A program made the position numbers and the translations under genes. The notes beneath the pieces are model-generated. The model was not told the origin of the DNA. It did not search any database and saw only the letters and a program-made list of their open reading frames with translations. This document shows, piece after piece, positions 30,675 to 40,434 of a DNA stretch of 64,000 nt. Position 1 is the stretch's first letter; every line of letters starts with the position of its first letter. Origin of the DNA: Verrucomicrobiales bacterium (GTDB lineage: Bacteria > Verrucomicrobiota > Verrucomicrobiia > Verrucomicrobiales > V1-33); assembly GCA_031411295.1 (NCBI GenBank), contig JANOAV010000010.1, positions 1-64,000 of the forward strand, given 5' to 3'.

Positions 30675-32057
30675 ATGTTAGCTACGATACTTATTGTTGA
30701 TGATGAACGCCACACCCGGGAAGGGCTGCGGTCCGCTCTGGAGGATGATTTCGACGTCTATATCGCCTCGGACAAACGTGAAGCCATGGAAGTCCTGGCC
30801 TCCGAACCCATTGATGTCGTGGTGACAGACCTCAGGTTGGGCGCGGACAACGGCATGGAGGTGGTGGACGAATGCCTACGCCAAGCCCAGCCACCCATCG
30901 TCATCATGATGACGGCCTATGGCTCGGTGGATACCGCAGTGGAGGCCATGAAGCGCGGAGCGTGGCATTTCGTCACCAAACCCATCAACATTGATGAATT
31001 GGAAATTCTCATCAAACGCGCGCTGCAGAGCCGCAAACTCCAGACGGAAAATTTGGCGTTAGTCAAACAGGTCGAGGAAAAATTCGCGCTGGATCGGATG
31101 CTCGGAAAATCCGAAGCCATGCGGCGGGTCTATGAGACCATCGAACAAGTGGCCCCCAGCAAAGCCAGCGTGCTGATCGGCGGGGAAAGCGGCACCGGCA
31201 AAGAACTGGCCGCCCATGCGATTCACAATCTCAGCGGTCGCCCCAAGGCCAAACTGGTCATCGTGCACTGCGCTTCCCTAAGCCCGCAATTGCTGGAGAG
31301 CGAACTCTTCGGCCATGAAAAAGGTGCGTTCACTGGAGCTTCTGAAAAGCGCCTGGGACGATTTGAAATTGCCAACGGCGGCACCATCTTTCTGGATGAA
31401 ATTGCGGAAATCGACATGGCGACGCAGGTTAAATTGCTGCGGGTGTTAGGCGAGCGCACGTTCGAACGCGTCGGTGGGCATACCCCCATCAAAGTGGACG
31501 TGCGCTTGATTGCGGCCACCCACCAAGATCTCAAGGCTCTGGTGGATCAGGGGAAATTCCGGGAGGACTTGTATTTCCGCCTCAACGTCATCAAAGTCAT
31601 CCTGCCCCCGCTGCGGGATCGCAAGACCGATATCCCCCTGCTCTGTGATGCGTTTCTCAAGGAGTTCGCGAAGGAGAACCGCAAGCAAATCAAAGACTTC
31701 AGTGTGGAAGCGCAGGAGTTGCTCATGGGGTATCGCTGGCCCGGCAACGTGCGGGAACTCCGCTCCGCGTTGGAACATGCCGTCGTCATGTGCAACGGCA
31801 CCCGCATCACTCCCCGGCACCTTCCCGACAGCCTGCGCGGAGTCGTGGAGCCCGCCCGGGGCGGCCCCAAACTGCTCGGCGCCCCCTCCGAACCAGAGGA
31901 CCTGGATCTCTCCAAAATGGAGACCCGCTTCATCAAACGCGCTTTGGAAATAACCGACGACAACCGCACCGAAGCCGCCAAACTCCTCGGCCTCAGCCGC
32001 CGCACCCTGCAGCGTAAACTCCAGGAACTGCAGATTCGGAAGCACGAGGGCGGGTGA
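30675..32057 (+). CDS. Sigma-54-dependent response regulator (NtrC/AtoC family)
   Basis: Receiver domain (IVDD, VTD, K), GESGTGKE, GAFTGA, FLDEI, WPGNVREL and a Fis-type HTH. Confidence 0.96.
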   Translation: MLATILIVDDERHTREGLRSALEDDFDVYIASDKREAMEVLASEPIDVVVTDLRLGADNGMEVVDECLRQAQPPIVIMMTAYGSVDTAVEAMKRGAWHFVTKPINIDELEILIKRALQSRKLQTENLALVKQVEEKFALDRMLGKSEAMRRVYETIEQVAPSKASVLIGGESGTGKELAAHAIHNLSGRPKAKLVIVHCASLSPQLLESELFGHEKGAFTGASEKRLGRFEIANGGTIFLDEIAEIDMATQVKLLRVLGERTFERVGGHTPIKVDVRLIAATHQDLKALVDQGKFREDLYFRLNVIKVILPPLRDRKTDIPLLCDAFLKEFAKENRKQIKDFSVEAQELLMGYRWPGNVRELRSALEHAVVMCNGTRITPRHLPDSLRGVVEPARGGPKLLGAPSEPEDLDLSKMETRFIKRALEITDDNRTEAAKLLGLSRRTLQRKLQELQIRKHEGG

Positions 32058-32136
32058 GGAAGCCCACGATCCTAGCAGCCTTCAATCCGCTTCGCGCGAA
32101 ACTGCGGCCTGGAGAGTTCGTGCATTTTCGAAACGC

Positions 32137-32285
32137 AAAGTAGTCATCATCGCTCCGCGTGATGACCAGCACGATTTTCCCTCCCGCCAACACCGCCCCG
32201 AATCACCCACCGCCCGCGCCACTGTCAGACCTAAGGCGCAGCAAGTTCGCATGCCCGGCTGCGCTAGTCGGGCGTGCTCCGAATT
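32137..32285 (+). repeat. ~150-bp dispersed element with GTAG REP-like hairpin (copy B)
   Basis: Inverted homologue of 1-140: a 44/45 match in the core, plus shared CACCGC..CGAATCACC and CTGCGCTAG...GCTCCGAA blocks. Confidence 0.8.
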
Positions 32286-32330
32286 CGCATGCACCTACCT
32301 CCGACTGCCGCTAACCATGTTCGTTAGGTA

Positions 32331-32798
32331 TCATTGGTGCGATTTCGGAAGCGCCTTGAGAACAGCCTTCTTGAATTCCTCGTTGAGCCTGTTGCCAACC
32401 GAGAGTCCTGTCATCAGATGCTGGTTGCGGTCTGGGACTGGGGCAGCGTCCAGAAATGTCGTCCAATAAGGCTCATTGAGGCGCTGAGGAATATCCGCCT
32501 GACCCCGATACGGGCCGTCGTGCAATCCGATTCGGAGCATGAATCCCTCGTAGTTTGGGCCTTCAGTGACGTGGGTCGTCGGACTCACCTCGCCGGTCAT
32601 GCCGCGTCCATGAACCGTGAAAGCCATTGTTCCATGTTTCGCTACATATTCCGTGGAACTCACTTCGATCGTGGCGGCTGGAAAGTATTTGCGAATGATG
32701 GGCGTTAGCGAGCGAGCTATGTCAGCGATGGAAGTGTCCTCAGCGAGTGCTGGGGACGCAAGGAAGACTAGGCAGAGAAAAAACCTCGGGATGTTCAT
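32331..32798 (-). CDS. Hypothetical exported protein with gene-cassette-like boundaries
   Basis: Signal peptide (…SPALA). On the minus strand it is preceded by GTTAGGC, and ACCTAAC follows 1 nt after the stop. Confidence 0.75.
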   Translation of the reverse strand: MNIPRFFLCLVFLASPALAEDTSIADIARSLTPIIRKYFPAATIEVSSTEYVAKHGTMAFTVHGRGMTGEVSPTTHVTEGPNYEGFMLRIGLHDGPYRGQADIPQRLNEPYWTTFLDAAPVPDRNQHLMTGLSVGNRLNEEFKKAVLKALPKSHQ

Positions 32799-33282
32799 GG
32801 TCGTCAATATCTCTCAGTGTTTGGCGTTAGTTGTCAGAGCTTTGTCGGCAGACGGTAAATTATTCGTCCACACGGGACGGGTGGCGTGATGCCTAACACT
32901 CTACTTAAAAACGAAGCAGAGGGGTTGGCCGGGTTAAATTTGACCACGATATCATTTGGACGCATTCGCATAATTTCGGAGCTTCCGGTTCTTATGTCCA
33001 GCAATGGGATGATGCTGCGGTGGTTAGTCATGGATAACGCGAATCACTTTCGACGAGGTTGACGCGAGTCGCTCACAAGAGATAACGCGGTCAAGGTGAG
33101 AAACAAGCAAATTATTTTCTCCGGTGATCGAGAACCTGGCGTCAATTCGCGCAGATTGTGACGGCGGTGAGGGACTGAAGACCAAAAGGTGCTGGCGCAG
33201 CGGGAACTATAGACCAAGCGCAGTGCTGAGAGCCCGGCGGATTTCCATTGACCAAATTGCCCAGTCAGGGTTCACTGCTGAC

Positions 33283-33756
33283 ATGAAAAATTTCCTGCTG
33301 ATTTGTTGTTTGCTATCACTGGTGCCATCCATGTTCGGTATGGGCCGCGCGGGCGGCGGACCCAGCTTGACTTGGCTGGTGGAAGGAGATGAATTCGAGG
33401 GGCCGAAAATGGTGCGCAAGGATGTGCAGGTGGCTCCAGATGGGAAGGTGCATTATTTCCGGGTCACCCCCATGGTCACCCAAATCCATGTCCGGGGAAT
33501 GATTCCGCGTCAGGCGGAGGACGGGAGCTGGGGGGCAACGTTCATTCTCAATGAAGAGGGCTGGCGTTCGATCCTGGTGACGGCGGCGCAAGACTCCGGG
33601 AAGCTGATTCGCGTGTATATCAACGGACGGCCACTGGAATATCAACGGGTGGAGAAACCCTCGAAGGATGACCATCTCATCGTGATCTGGAGTGGCATTA
33701 CGGAAGCGGAAATGGCGCAGTTGAAGTCCAAATATAAACAGGCTCCGGCCCGCTAA
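33283..33756 (+). CDS. Hypothetical exported protein (weak SecD/SecF P1-head-like pattern)
   Basis: Signal peptide from ATG 33283; F-x-LNEEG...GK-x-I-x-V-x-ING segment. Confidence 0.65.
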   Translation: MKNFLLICCLLSLVPSMFGMGRAGGGPSLTWLVEGDEFEGPKMVRKDVQVAPDGKVHYFRVTPMVTQIHVRGMIPRQAEDGSWGATFILNEEGWRSILVTAAQDSGKLIRVYINGRPLEYQRVEKPSKDDHLIVIWSGITEAEMAQLKSKYKQAPAR

Positions 33757-33768
33757 ACGAGACGTGTC

Positions 33769-35004
33769 GTGACCATTTTTTCCCACCCTGCTCCTCGGAT
33801 TGCAGTCGCGATGGCACTACTGGGGCTGAGCGTGGCTGGGTGTAAGCGGAAGGAACCAGCCCCGGCACCCACCCCAGCGCCCACGCCGACACCGGCACCG
33901 CAGCCGAAACCCAAGCCGCCGGAGAAGCCTGCCCCGCCTCCCCAGCCGCCAGGACCTGCGTTGCTGAAATTCCAACTACCGACGACCAACCGTGGTCTGT
34001 TGGAAAATAATAACCCAGCGTTCTTCATGTATGTGAAGCGCGCCACGGTCTCCGGAGATGTGAAGGTCTGGCAGGCGGGCCAGTATGGATTCGTGCGGGA
34101 TCCCAAGATGTTGAAGGACGGGAACATTGTTTACACCCGTTTCCACGAAGGCATGGATGTGGCTCCGATGATCCGTGATCTTCAGGGCGAGCCAGAGGAT
34201 GAGGTCCGCGCCATGGCCGATGGCATCGTGGTGTATACCAACACGCAGGGTGGCAAGGGTAGTTACGGCAATTACGCCATCATCGAACATGCCACGGAGG
34301 ACGGTCCGTTTTACAGTCTCAGTGCGCATCTCCGCGAAATAAAAGTTCCCCGCGGCACCAAGGTCAAGCTGGGTGACATCATCGGTATTATGGGCCACAC
34401 CGGGACGGGGATCGACCGTGAGCGCTCGCATACTCATGTAGAGTTGAATATGCTGCTGAATCCCAAGGTTGCGCTCTGGAACCGGGCCCCAGAACCTCCT
34501 GCGCCTAAACCCACCCTCAAACCAACGACCACAGCCAAACCAGTGAAGGGTCAGCCACCTGCAAAACCCGCCGCCAAAGTCGTTGCCCCCGCCGCGCCCG
34601 TGATCAATGGCCAGAACCTGGTGGGCCTGGATGTAGGGGCGTGGTTGCGCACCCACTATCAAAAGCCAGAAACGCGGCTGGCCGATTTCATTCGCAAGGA
34701 ACCGGCCTATTTCAAATTACAGGTGCCCTGCCGAGGAATGGAGTTGGAGATTGTGAAACGTTACCCCTGGCTGCGCGCTCCGGGCCCCATCGGCTTGGCC
34801 TGGGAGATCTCCGTCGGGGCTTCGTCCCTGCCGCTCAAGGTTGCTCCCATGGCGGATAAGGTTGATTTCCCGGCGGTTAGTTGGGTCCAACCCTTCGTGG
34901 GAAATCACGCCTGGAAATCACGCGACATGCTCCAAGGCTCCGGCACCATCGCAACGCTGAGTCCGCATGGACTGGCGTGGCTGAAGTTGATTCTGGAGAA
35001 TTAG
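33769..35004 (+). CDS. M23 family metallopeptidase lipoprotein
   Basis: VAGC lipobox, Pro-rich linker, HEGMD (HxxxD), YGNY, AHL, MGHTG and HTH (HxH). Confidence 0.9.
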   Translation: MTIFSHPAPRIAVAMALLGLSVAGCKRKEPAPAPTPAPTPTPAPQPKPKPPEKPAPPPQPPGPALLKFQLPTTNRGLLENNNPAFFMYVKRATVSGDVKVWQAGQYGFVRDPKMLKDGNIVYTRFHEGMDVAPMIRDLQGEPEDEVRAMADGIVVYTNTQGGKGSYGNYAIIEHATEDGPFYSLSAHLREIKVPRGTKVKLGDIIGIMGHTGTGIDRERSHTHVELNMLLNPKVALWNRAPEPPAPKPTLKPTTTAKPVKGQPPAKPAAKVVAPAAPVINGQNLVGLDVGAWLRTHYQKPETRLADFIRKEPAYFKLQVPCRGMELEIVKRYPWLRAPGPIGLAWEISVGASSLPLKVAPMADKVDFPAVSWVQPFVGNHAWKSRDMLQGSGTIATLSPHGLAWLKLILEN

Positions 35005-35010
35005 ACGATC

Positions 35011-36405
35011 CTACTTCAGCAACTCCGCAGGGATCTTCGCATCCTTCACTTTGACCTCGGCATTGGCACCAGCATCGATCCACCATTTGATCAAGTTGAG
35101 TTCCTTGTCGGTGAGTTGGGGCTTTTTGGCTGGGGGCATGTGTTCATCCTGGTCTTTGGGGAGCAGGGCGCGCTTCACGATGGCACTGTCAGCGCTCTTG
35201 CTAACAACGACCGCGGGCTCTTTTTCCTGGTCTTCGCCACCTTTCATGAGGCTGGCGAAGTCATGCAGGGCAAACTTTCCTTTTTGCTTTTCTGCTCCGT
35301 GGCAACCGACGCATTTTTCTTTGAAGATCGGCTGGATGACCGCCACGAAGGCTGGTGCTTCTTGATCCAAGGGGGCTGGTGCGGGCGGGGGCACAACCGT
35401 GACTGGTGGCGGGGTGGGCGCTCCCACGACGTTTTCCCAGCCGAGATTGATGATGAGCTTGGGGAGTTTCACGCGCAGGGCTTCGGCGGCGGGCTTGGTG
35501 ACCCCAGTTTGCCAGGCGTAGAGGGTTTTCAGGTTGGTGAGTTTCTCCAACTTGGCCAGGGCGGCATCGGTGATCTTGGTGCCGTAGAAATTGAGGTATT
35601 CCAATTTAGCCAGTCCACCCAGCGCGTCGATCCCAGCATCGGTTAGAGTAGTATTCTCCAAACGCAAGCGGGTGAGGTTTTTCATGGCTCCGACGGTGGC
35701 CATGCCAGCATCGGTAATCTTGCTGCGGCCGAGGTTCAGATCGGTAAAACGATCGGCAATCCCCGCAAACTTCGCCAGCATGGCATCGTCGAATTTATCG
35801 GCCACGTTGATGACGTTGAAAGTCAGACCAGCATCATTTTGCGCCACTTGCAGGATGGGGCTGCCGATTTCCTTTTCCAAAGCGATGACTTTTTCATCCC
35901 GGGCATTCACCGGCGGGGCCACGACCGGAGCAGCGGCGGGGCCCGCCGCCAGGACGTAGGTCTCTTTGGCTTTGGCCATCACCAGTTCTTTCAGCTCGGC
36001 GGGCGGATTCGCATCCTTCACTTTGACGTTTTTGTCCGCTCCTGCGTCCACCCACCATTTGAGAAGATTAATTTCTTCTGGTGTCAGTTGCTTCTTATCC
36101 TTCGGTGGCATGTGGTCATCGTGATCCAGCGCCAGCGCCAAGCGCACTAACATTTCACTGCCGGCGGCATTCTTGGGCACGATGGATGGCTTGTCGCTCT
36201 CACCTGGCTTCAGGGCGGCTTCGTAGGTGTCCATGCGTAGTTTACCCTTCTGCTTGGTGGGCCCGTGGCAAGCGATACAACGGCTGGCGAAGATGTTCTG
36301 CACGACGCCCTCATAGACCGTCTTGTCTTCTGGGGCAGGGTCGGCGGACCAAGCAACGGAGGAGAGCAGGATGGAGGCGACGTAGGAAAGGTGAGTGAAT
36401 TTCAT
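35011..36405 (-). CDS. Planctomycete-type cytochrome c - LRR - cytochrome c protein
   Basis: Signal peptide; CIACH…HMPP and CVGCH…HMPP domains flanking leucine-rich repeats (L-x-x-L-x-L-x-x-T-x-ITD). Confidence 0.88.
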   Translation of the reverse strand: MKFTHLSYVASILLSSVAWSADPAPEDKTVYEGVVQNIFASRCIACHGPTKQKGKLRMDTYEAALKPGESDKPSIVPKNAAGSEMLVRLALALDHDDHMPPKDKKQLTPEEINLLKWWVDAGADKNVKVKDANPPAELKELVMAKAKETYVLAAGPAAAPVVAPPVNARDEKVIALEKEIGSPILQVAQNDAGLTFNVINVADKFDDAMLAKFAGIADRFTDLNLGRSKITDAGMATVGAMKNLTRLRLENTTLTDAGIDALGGLAKLEYLNFYGTKITDAALAKLEKLTNLKTLYAWQTGVTKPAAEALRVKLPKLIINLGWENVVGAPTPPPVTVVPPPAPAPLDQEAPAFVAVIQPIFKEKCVGCHGAEKQKGKFALHDFASLMKGGEDQEKEPAVVVSKSADSAIVKRALLPKDQDEHMPPAKKPQLTDKELNLIKWWIDAGANAEVKVKDAKIPAELLK

Positions 36406-36547
36406 AGACTTTGGTAGATGTTGACCAATCAACGCGGGAACTGGCTTCTCGTCAAGTTACGTGGGTTCGTGGAAATCCATGCCATTTGGGTGATGGTTAG
36501 GCGTGGATCCACTCATTTTGTCCGCTGAAAATATTCGCCAAAATTTC

Positions 36548-36576
36548 TGAAACTCGGTATCGGCGTTCCGCAGAGA
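36548..36576 (+). promoter_or_regulatory. ECF-sigma-like promoter motif copy 1 (TGAAAC-N15-CGCAGAGA)
   Basis: Exact motif 66 nt upstream of the fibre gene ATG. Identical boxes and spacing occur at 40435 and 43742. Confidence 0.75.
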
Positions 36577-36642
36577 TTTCCCCAGAGGCGGAGCGTTCGG
36601 CCCCGACCCACCCTAGTTCTGTCACTCCACCAATTGCCACTT

Positions 36643-38598
36643 ATGACTCACTCGCCTTGTCACCTTTCCGTCCTCGCCATCGCTCTTGGTGGCATTTTAA
36701 GCGCCACTGCAGCGTGGGGCCAAACCGATGCGTTCACTTACCAGGGACGGCTGGAGCGCAATGGCACGCCGTTTACTGGCACCGCCAATCTGCAACTCAA
36801 AGTCATGGACGCCCTCACCGCAGGGACCGCCCTCGCCACGACCGCTGGCACCTATACGATCGTCAATGGTCAGTTTACGGTCACGTTTACCGCCGTGCCG
36901 GCCAGCGTGTTCAACGGCAATCCGCGCTGGGTGGAAATCGGCGTGGATGACCCGGATGTGGCGGGCATTTCCTATGTGCCGATGACTCCCCGCCAACCAG
37001 TCACGGCCACGCCTTATGCCATGCGGGCGAACACAGCGGCCACCGCCACGACGATTACGGGAAATTTACCGACCTCCCAACTGACCGGCACGATCAATCC
37101 CTCCATTCTCAACACCGGCACCACCACCGGCACGATGACTTTCAGCCCGGCCAGCGGGGCTCCCTTTGCGGTCGGCAGCACCACGAAGGTTGTGAGCTTA
37201 AATGCAGACCTGCTGGACGGGTTAGACTCCAATGTTTTTCTCCAGAAGAGCGGCGGAACCATGACCGGAAATCTCAGCATCGCCCCTCCGGCGGCCCTGG
37301 ATTTTGGGAGCACGACGAGGCAGATGCTCAGCCTCTTCGGGAGTTCTTTCGGCATCGGCGTGCAGACCGGGACGCTGTATCAGCGGACGAATAGCGATTT
37401 CTCCTGGTTCAAAGGGGGCGTGCATAGCGACCTGCAGAATACACCGGGCGCGGGCGGGGTGGAAACGATGCGGTTAGGGTCAAATGGCACGTTGTCGGTG
37501 GTCGGGAGTCAAGCTGGATTCATTACCACCAACCGCGCAGACGTTAGCAAGTTCTGGCAAGTTTACGCCGATGGCGCGACGACCAGCGATAGCCTGCGTA
37601 TCTGGAGCACAGTGACCGGGGACCGGGTCACGGTGAAACAGAATGGCGATATGGCGGTCGTGGGGGAGATTACCGCGCCCGCCGCCACCATCACTAGCAC
37701 CGGGAGTAGCACTGCGATCAACGCGCTCTATAACGGCAGTGCGAATGGCATCGGGGTTTATGCTTACTCCGCCAGCACGACGGGGTTCCCCATTTTTGGT
37801 CAATCGGTTAACGGGGGCTATGGCTCGAAATTTGTTGCCAACGGTGCCAGCGGCTGGGCGGTCTATGGCGTGAGCGATACCGGATTTGCCGGGCGTTTTG
37901 AAGGGAAAGTCTCCATTACCGGAGCCACCACGATCGGTTCCACCCTAGACGTGGCCAACCCCGTAACTTCCACGGGTGGACAGGCGGGATTCGTGGCCAA
38001 GAATCGCAATGATCAAAGTAAACAATGGGTCACCTACGCCCGCAATGGTGGAGGCATTGATCAATTGGCATTCTATAGCAGCACTGCAGGATTCGATGTG
38101 GCCTCTCTTTCTCCAAACGGAGACATGTATCTGGTTGGAGCCCTTTCCACCACCGTGCTGACGATTCGGGGCGGAGCGGATGTCGCGGAGCCATTTCCCA
38201 TGTCTAAAACAAACGCCTCGGAGGACTTGGAACCCGGCAGTGTCGTGGTCATCGATGCCGAGCATCCGGGAAAACTAAAGTTGAGCACGGAAGCCTACGA
38301 CACTCGGGTGGCCGGCATCATCAGCGGGGCTGGCGGCGTTAAGCCGGGGCTGCGCCTGCATCAAGAAGGCGTCATGGAGGGAGATGAACATGTGGCGCTA
38401 AGCGGCCGGGTCTATGTGAAAGCGAATGCCGACCACGGGCCCATCAGACCGGGGGATTTATTGACCACTTCAGAGAAGCCGGGACACGCCTCCAAAGTGA
38501 TGGACCATGCCAAATCTCAAGGTGCCATTCTGGGCAAGGCCATGAGCAGCCTGGATGAAGGCACCGGCTTGGTGCTGGTGCTCGTGACCTTGCAATAA
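36643..38598 (+). CDS. Secreted phage-tail-fibre-like protein with C-terminal intramolecular-chaperone (peptidase G2-like) domain
   Basis: Signal peptide; FTYQGRL…PRQP..PYA N-domain; fibre motifs LNADLLDGLDS and LQKSGGTMTGNL; C-terminal GADVAE.F…VAGIIS…ALSGRV…GDLLTTS…GAILGKAM. Confidence 0.75.
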   Translation: MTHSPCHLSVLAIALGGILSATAAWGQTDAFTYQGRLERNGTPFTGTANLQLKVMDALTAGTALATTAGTYTIVNGQFTVTFTAVPASVFNGNPRWVEIGVDDPDVAGISYVPMTPRQPVTATPYAMRANTAATATTITGNLPTSQLTGTINPSILNTGTTTGTMTFSPASGAPFAVGSTTKVVSLNADLLDGLDSNVFLQKSGGTMTGNLSIAPPAALDFGSTTRQMLSLFGSSFGIGVQTGTLYQRTNSDFSWFKGGVHSDLQNTPGAGGVETMRLGSNGTLSVVGSQAGFITTNRADVSKFWQVYADGATTSDSLRIWSTVTGDRVTVKQNGDMAVVGEITAPAATITSTGSSTAINALYNGSANGIGVYAYSASTTGFPIFGQSVNGGYGSKFVANGASGWAVYGVSDTGFAGRFEGKVSITGATTIGSTLDVANPVTSTGGQAGFVAKNRNDQSKQWVTYARNGGGIDQLAFYSSTAGFDVASLSPNGDMYLVGALSTTVLTIRGGADVAEPFPMSKTNASEDLEPGSVVVIDAEHPGKLKLSTEAYDTRVAGIISGAGGVKPGLRLHQEGVMEGDEHVALSGRVYVKANADHGPIRPGDLLTTSEKPGHASKVMDHAKSQGAILGKAMSSLDEGTGLVLVLVTLQ

Positions 38599-38617
38599 CC
38601 TTCCCACCTTCCAAGTT

Positions 38618-39823
38618 ATGAAACTCTGCTTTTCGCTACTGGGGCTTACCCTCGCCCTCATCAGCCCTCACACCCTGCGCGCTCAGGAGCCGTTCGATAA
38701 ATTCATTTATTTGGATGTTTCTTTGAAAATGATCGTCAATCCGGCCACTGGCAGCGTTCCTACCACCAGCGTTTTCAGAGACGGTGCCAATAACCCGCTC
38801 CCCCTCACGACCAACGACGCCAATCTTAGGCAGGCTTTCGTGCTGATGAACCGCTGGCTTGCACAGACCTGGCGCGGCTATCGGGTGCGGTTGGTCGATC
38901 TCGTGAATCCAACTTCCGCAGACCCCACCTTCAAGCGGATTGGGTCACTGGGAGATACTACCGGACCCGGGAAATGGTTCCTGTCCGACTTGAAGAACCA
39001 AGATCCCGATACGGTGAATGCAGCATTCGAAGTGGCCGCCAAGGCCAATAAAGCCGCCTTTGCCTGGAACGACAATGCGGTGAATATCTACGTCAACGAC
39101 GGTCCCTGGTCCCGCGCGAACTTCCCCTGGAGTGGGGCCGATAATGTGATTACCGGATACACCCTCATCTCCTTCGACGGTGGGCCCGAAAATTATCAGA
39201 CCAACAATTACAAGATCGCTGGCAACCTCCTCCATGAATTGGGCCATTTTTACGGGCTAGCCCATACCTTTGGGGGGGCCGATACTGGTTTAGGGGACGA
39301 TGGCTTTACCGACACCGCAGACGATTTGGGGAACCAGGGCGGACGCAACGAAACCGTAGTCCGCAATGCCCTCGCCCAAGCCAATTGGCAACAGGACTAC
39401 AGCGCCCTCACCTCTGATCGGAAAACGCTGGTGGATAACACCGTCAACAATGGGATGTCCTATTATCAGCTCTTCTACGACGATCCCGCGCAGAGCAAGG
39501 TGCTCACAGACGCCGAGCGCTTCGGTCCCACGCGTTTCCTCTTTACCGAGCTGCAGATGGATACCTGGGCAGACTACGCCAATGCTGGACGCAAGCCCGG
39601 GACCTCGGGTTCCACGCGCTTCGTGGAAGCTTCGGCGGGCACCGGTGGGACTGGCACCAGCCTGGATCCCTACCATCCCCTTTCTAATGCCATCACGAAC
39701 GCCAGCACCTTGCAGAAAGACATCCTCATGCTCCGCCCCGGCACCTACACCGCCGCCACCCTCAACAAACCCATGACCATCCGCGCGACTCGCAATGGCC
39801 CTGCCATCATTCAAAAGCCATGA
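38618..39823 (+). CDS. Secreted metzincin metalloprotease (M43/pappalysin-like)
   Basis: Signal peptide, HELGHFYGLAH zinc motif, NNGMSY Met-turn and a short C-terminal GTG…PY…PGTY domain. Confidence 0.85.
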   Translation: MKLCFSLLGLTLALISPHTLRAQEPFDKFIYLDVSLKMIVNPATGSVPTTSVFRDGANNPLPLTTNDANLRQAFVLMNRWLAQTWRGYRVRLVDLVNPTSADPTFKRIGSLGDTTGPGKWFLSDLKNQDPDTVNAAFEVAAKANKAAFAWNDNAVNIYVNDGPWSRANFPWSGADNVITGYTLISFDGGPENYQTNNYKIAGNLLHELGHFYGLAHTFGGADTGLGDDGFTDTADDLGNQGGRNETVVRNALAQANWQQDYSALTSDRKTLVDNTVNNGMSYYQLFYDDPAQSKVLTDAERFGPTRFLFTELQMDTWADYANAGRKPGTSGSTRFVEASAGTGGTGTSLDPYHPLSNAITNASTLQKDILMLRPGTYTAATLNKPMTIRATRNGPAIIQKP

Positions 39824-40263
39824 AACGACAACTGCTGATCTCTGGTAGCCTAACAGGCTTTATTTCCATGGCGCTGGCCGCCTTCGATGTCCCCTGGCAA
39901 ACCTTGGATGGCGGTGGCGGCGTGAGTTCCGCCGCCGTCGGAGCGTCCACCTGGGCCGTTACCGGAACCATCGGCCAGTCCGATGCCCACGCCGCCAGCA
40001 GCGTAGGTTCCACCTTCTCCGTCAGCGATGGCTACTGGGCCGCAGTGGTGCCTTCCGCCAATGGTCCGGCCTTGGCGATCACGAAATCCGGCCCCAACGC
40101 CATTGTGAGTTGGGGCGCGGATGCCGTGGGCTATCAATTAGAACAGTCACCCAACCTCCAAAGCTGGAGCGCGGTGGGAAATGTCATTACCTCGGCCGGC
40201 CAGATCAGCGTGACGCCAGGGCCAGGCACCCCAAAATTGTTCTTCCGCCTCAAGCTGCCTTAA
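39820..40263 (+). CDS. Small secreted protein (WxTxDGGGG…GTIGQ…GYW domain plus FFRL tail domain)
   Basis: Signal peptide; ATGA overlap with the protease gene; C-terminal YQLEQSPNL..W…LFFRL. Confidence 0.8.
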   Translation: MKRQLLISGSLTGFISMALAAFDVPWQTLDGGGGVSSAAVGASTWAVTGTIGQSDAHAASSVGSTFSVSDGYWAAVVPSANGPALAITKSGPNAIVSWGADAVGYQLEQSPNLQSWSAVGNVITSAGQISVTPGPGTPKLFFRLKLP

Positions 40264-40434
40264 GCCAAAGCCTCACCTCCGCCCAAAAAATGAACCGCCC
40301 CCAGTGCGTTGCATTCCCAGAGAATATTCCCCCCTAGTAGATCCGCAGATCCCACACTGGGGACGGCTCAGCATTTCCCCACTGTGTAATTCGGATTTTT
40401 TTCGGAAACGTTACAAACTTTCTGCAATTATTTT

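Noticed and set aside
32834..33031. 65-aa minus-strand ORF
   Set aside because: No recognisable features, and it crosses the putative cassette boundary.
36643..38598. Prophage or tailocin
   Set aside because: No other phage structural, lysis or integration genes are present, and the protein has a signal peptide.
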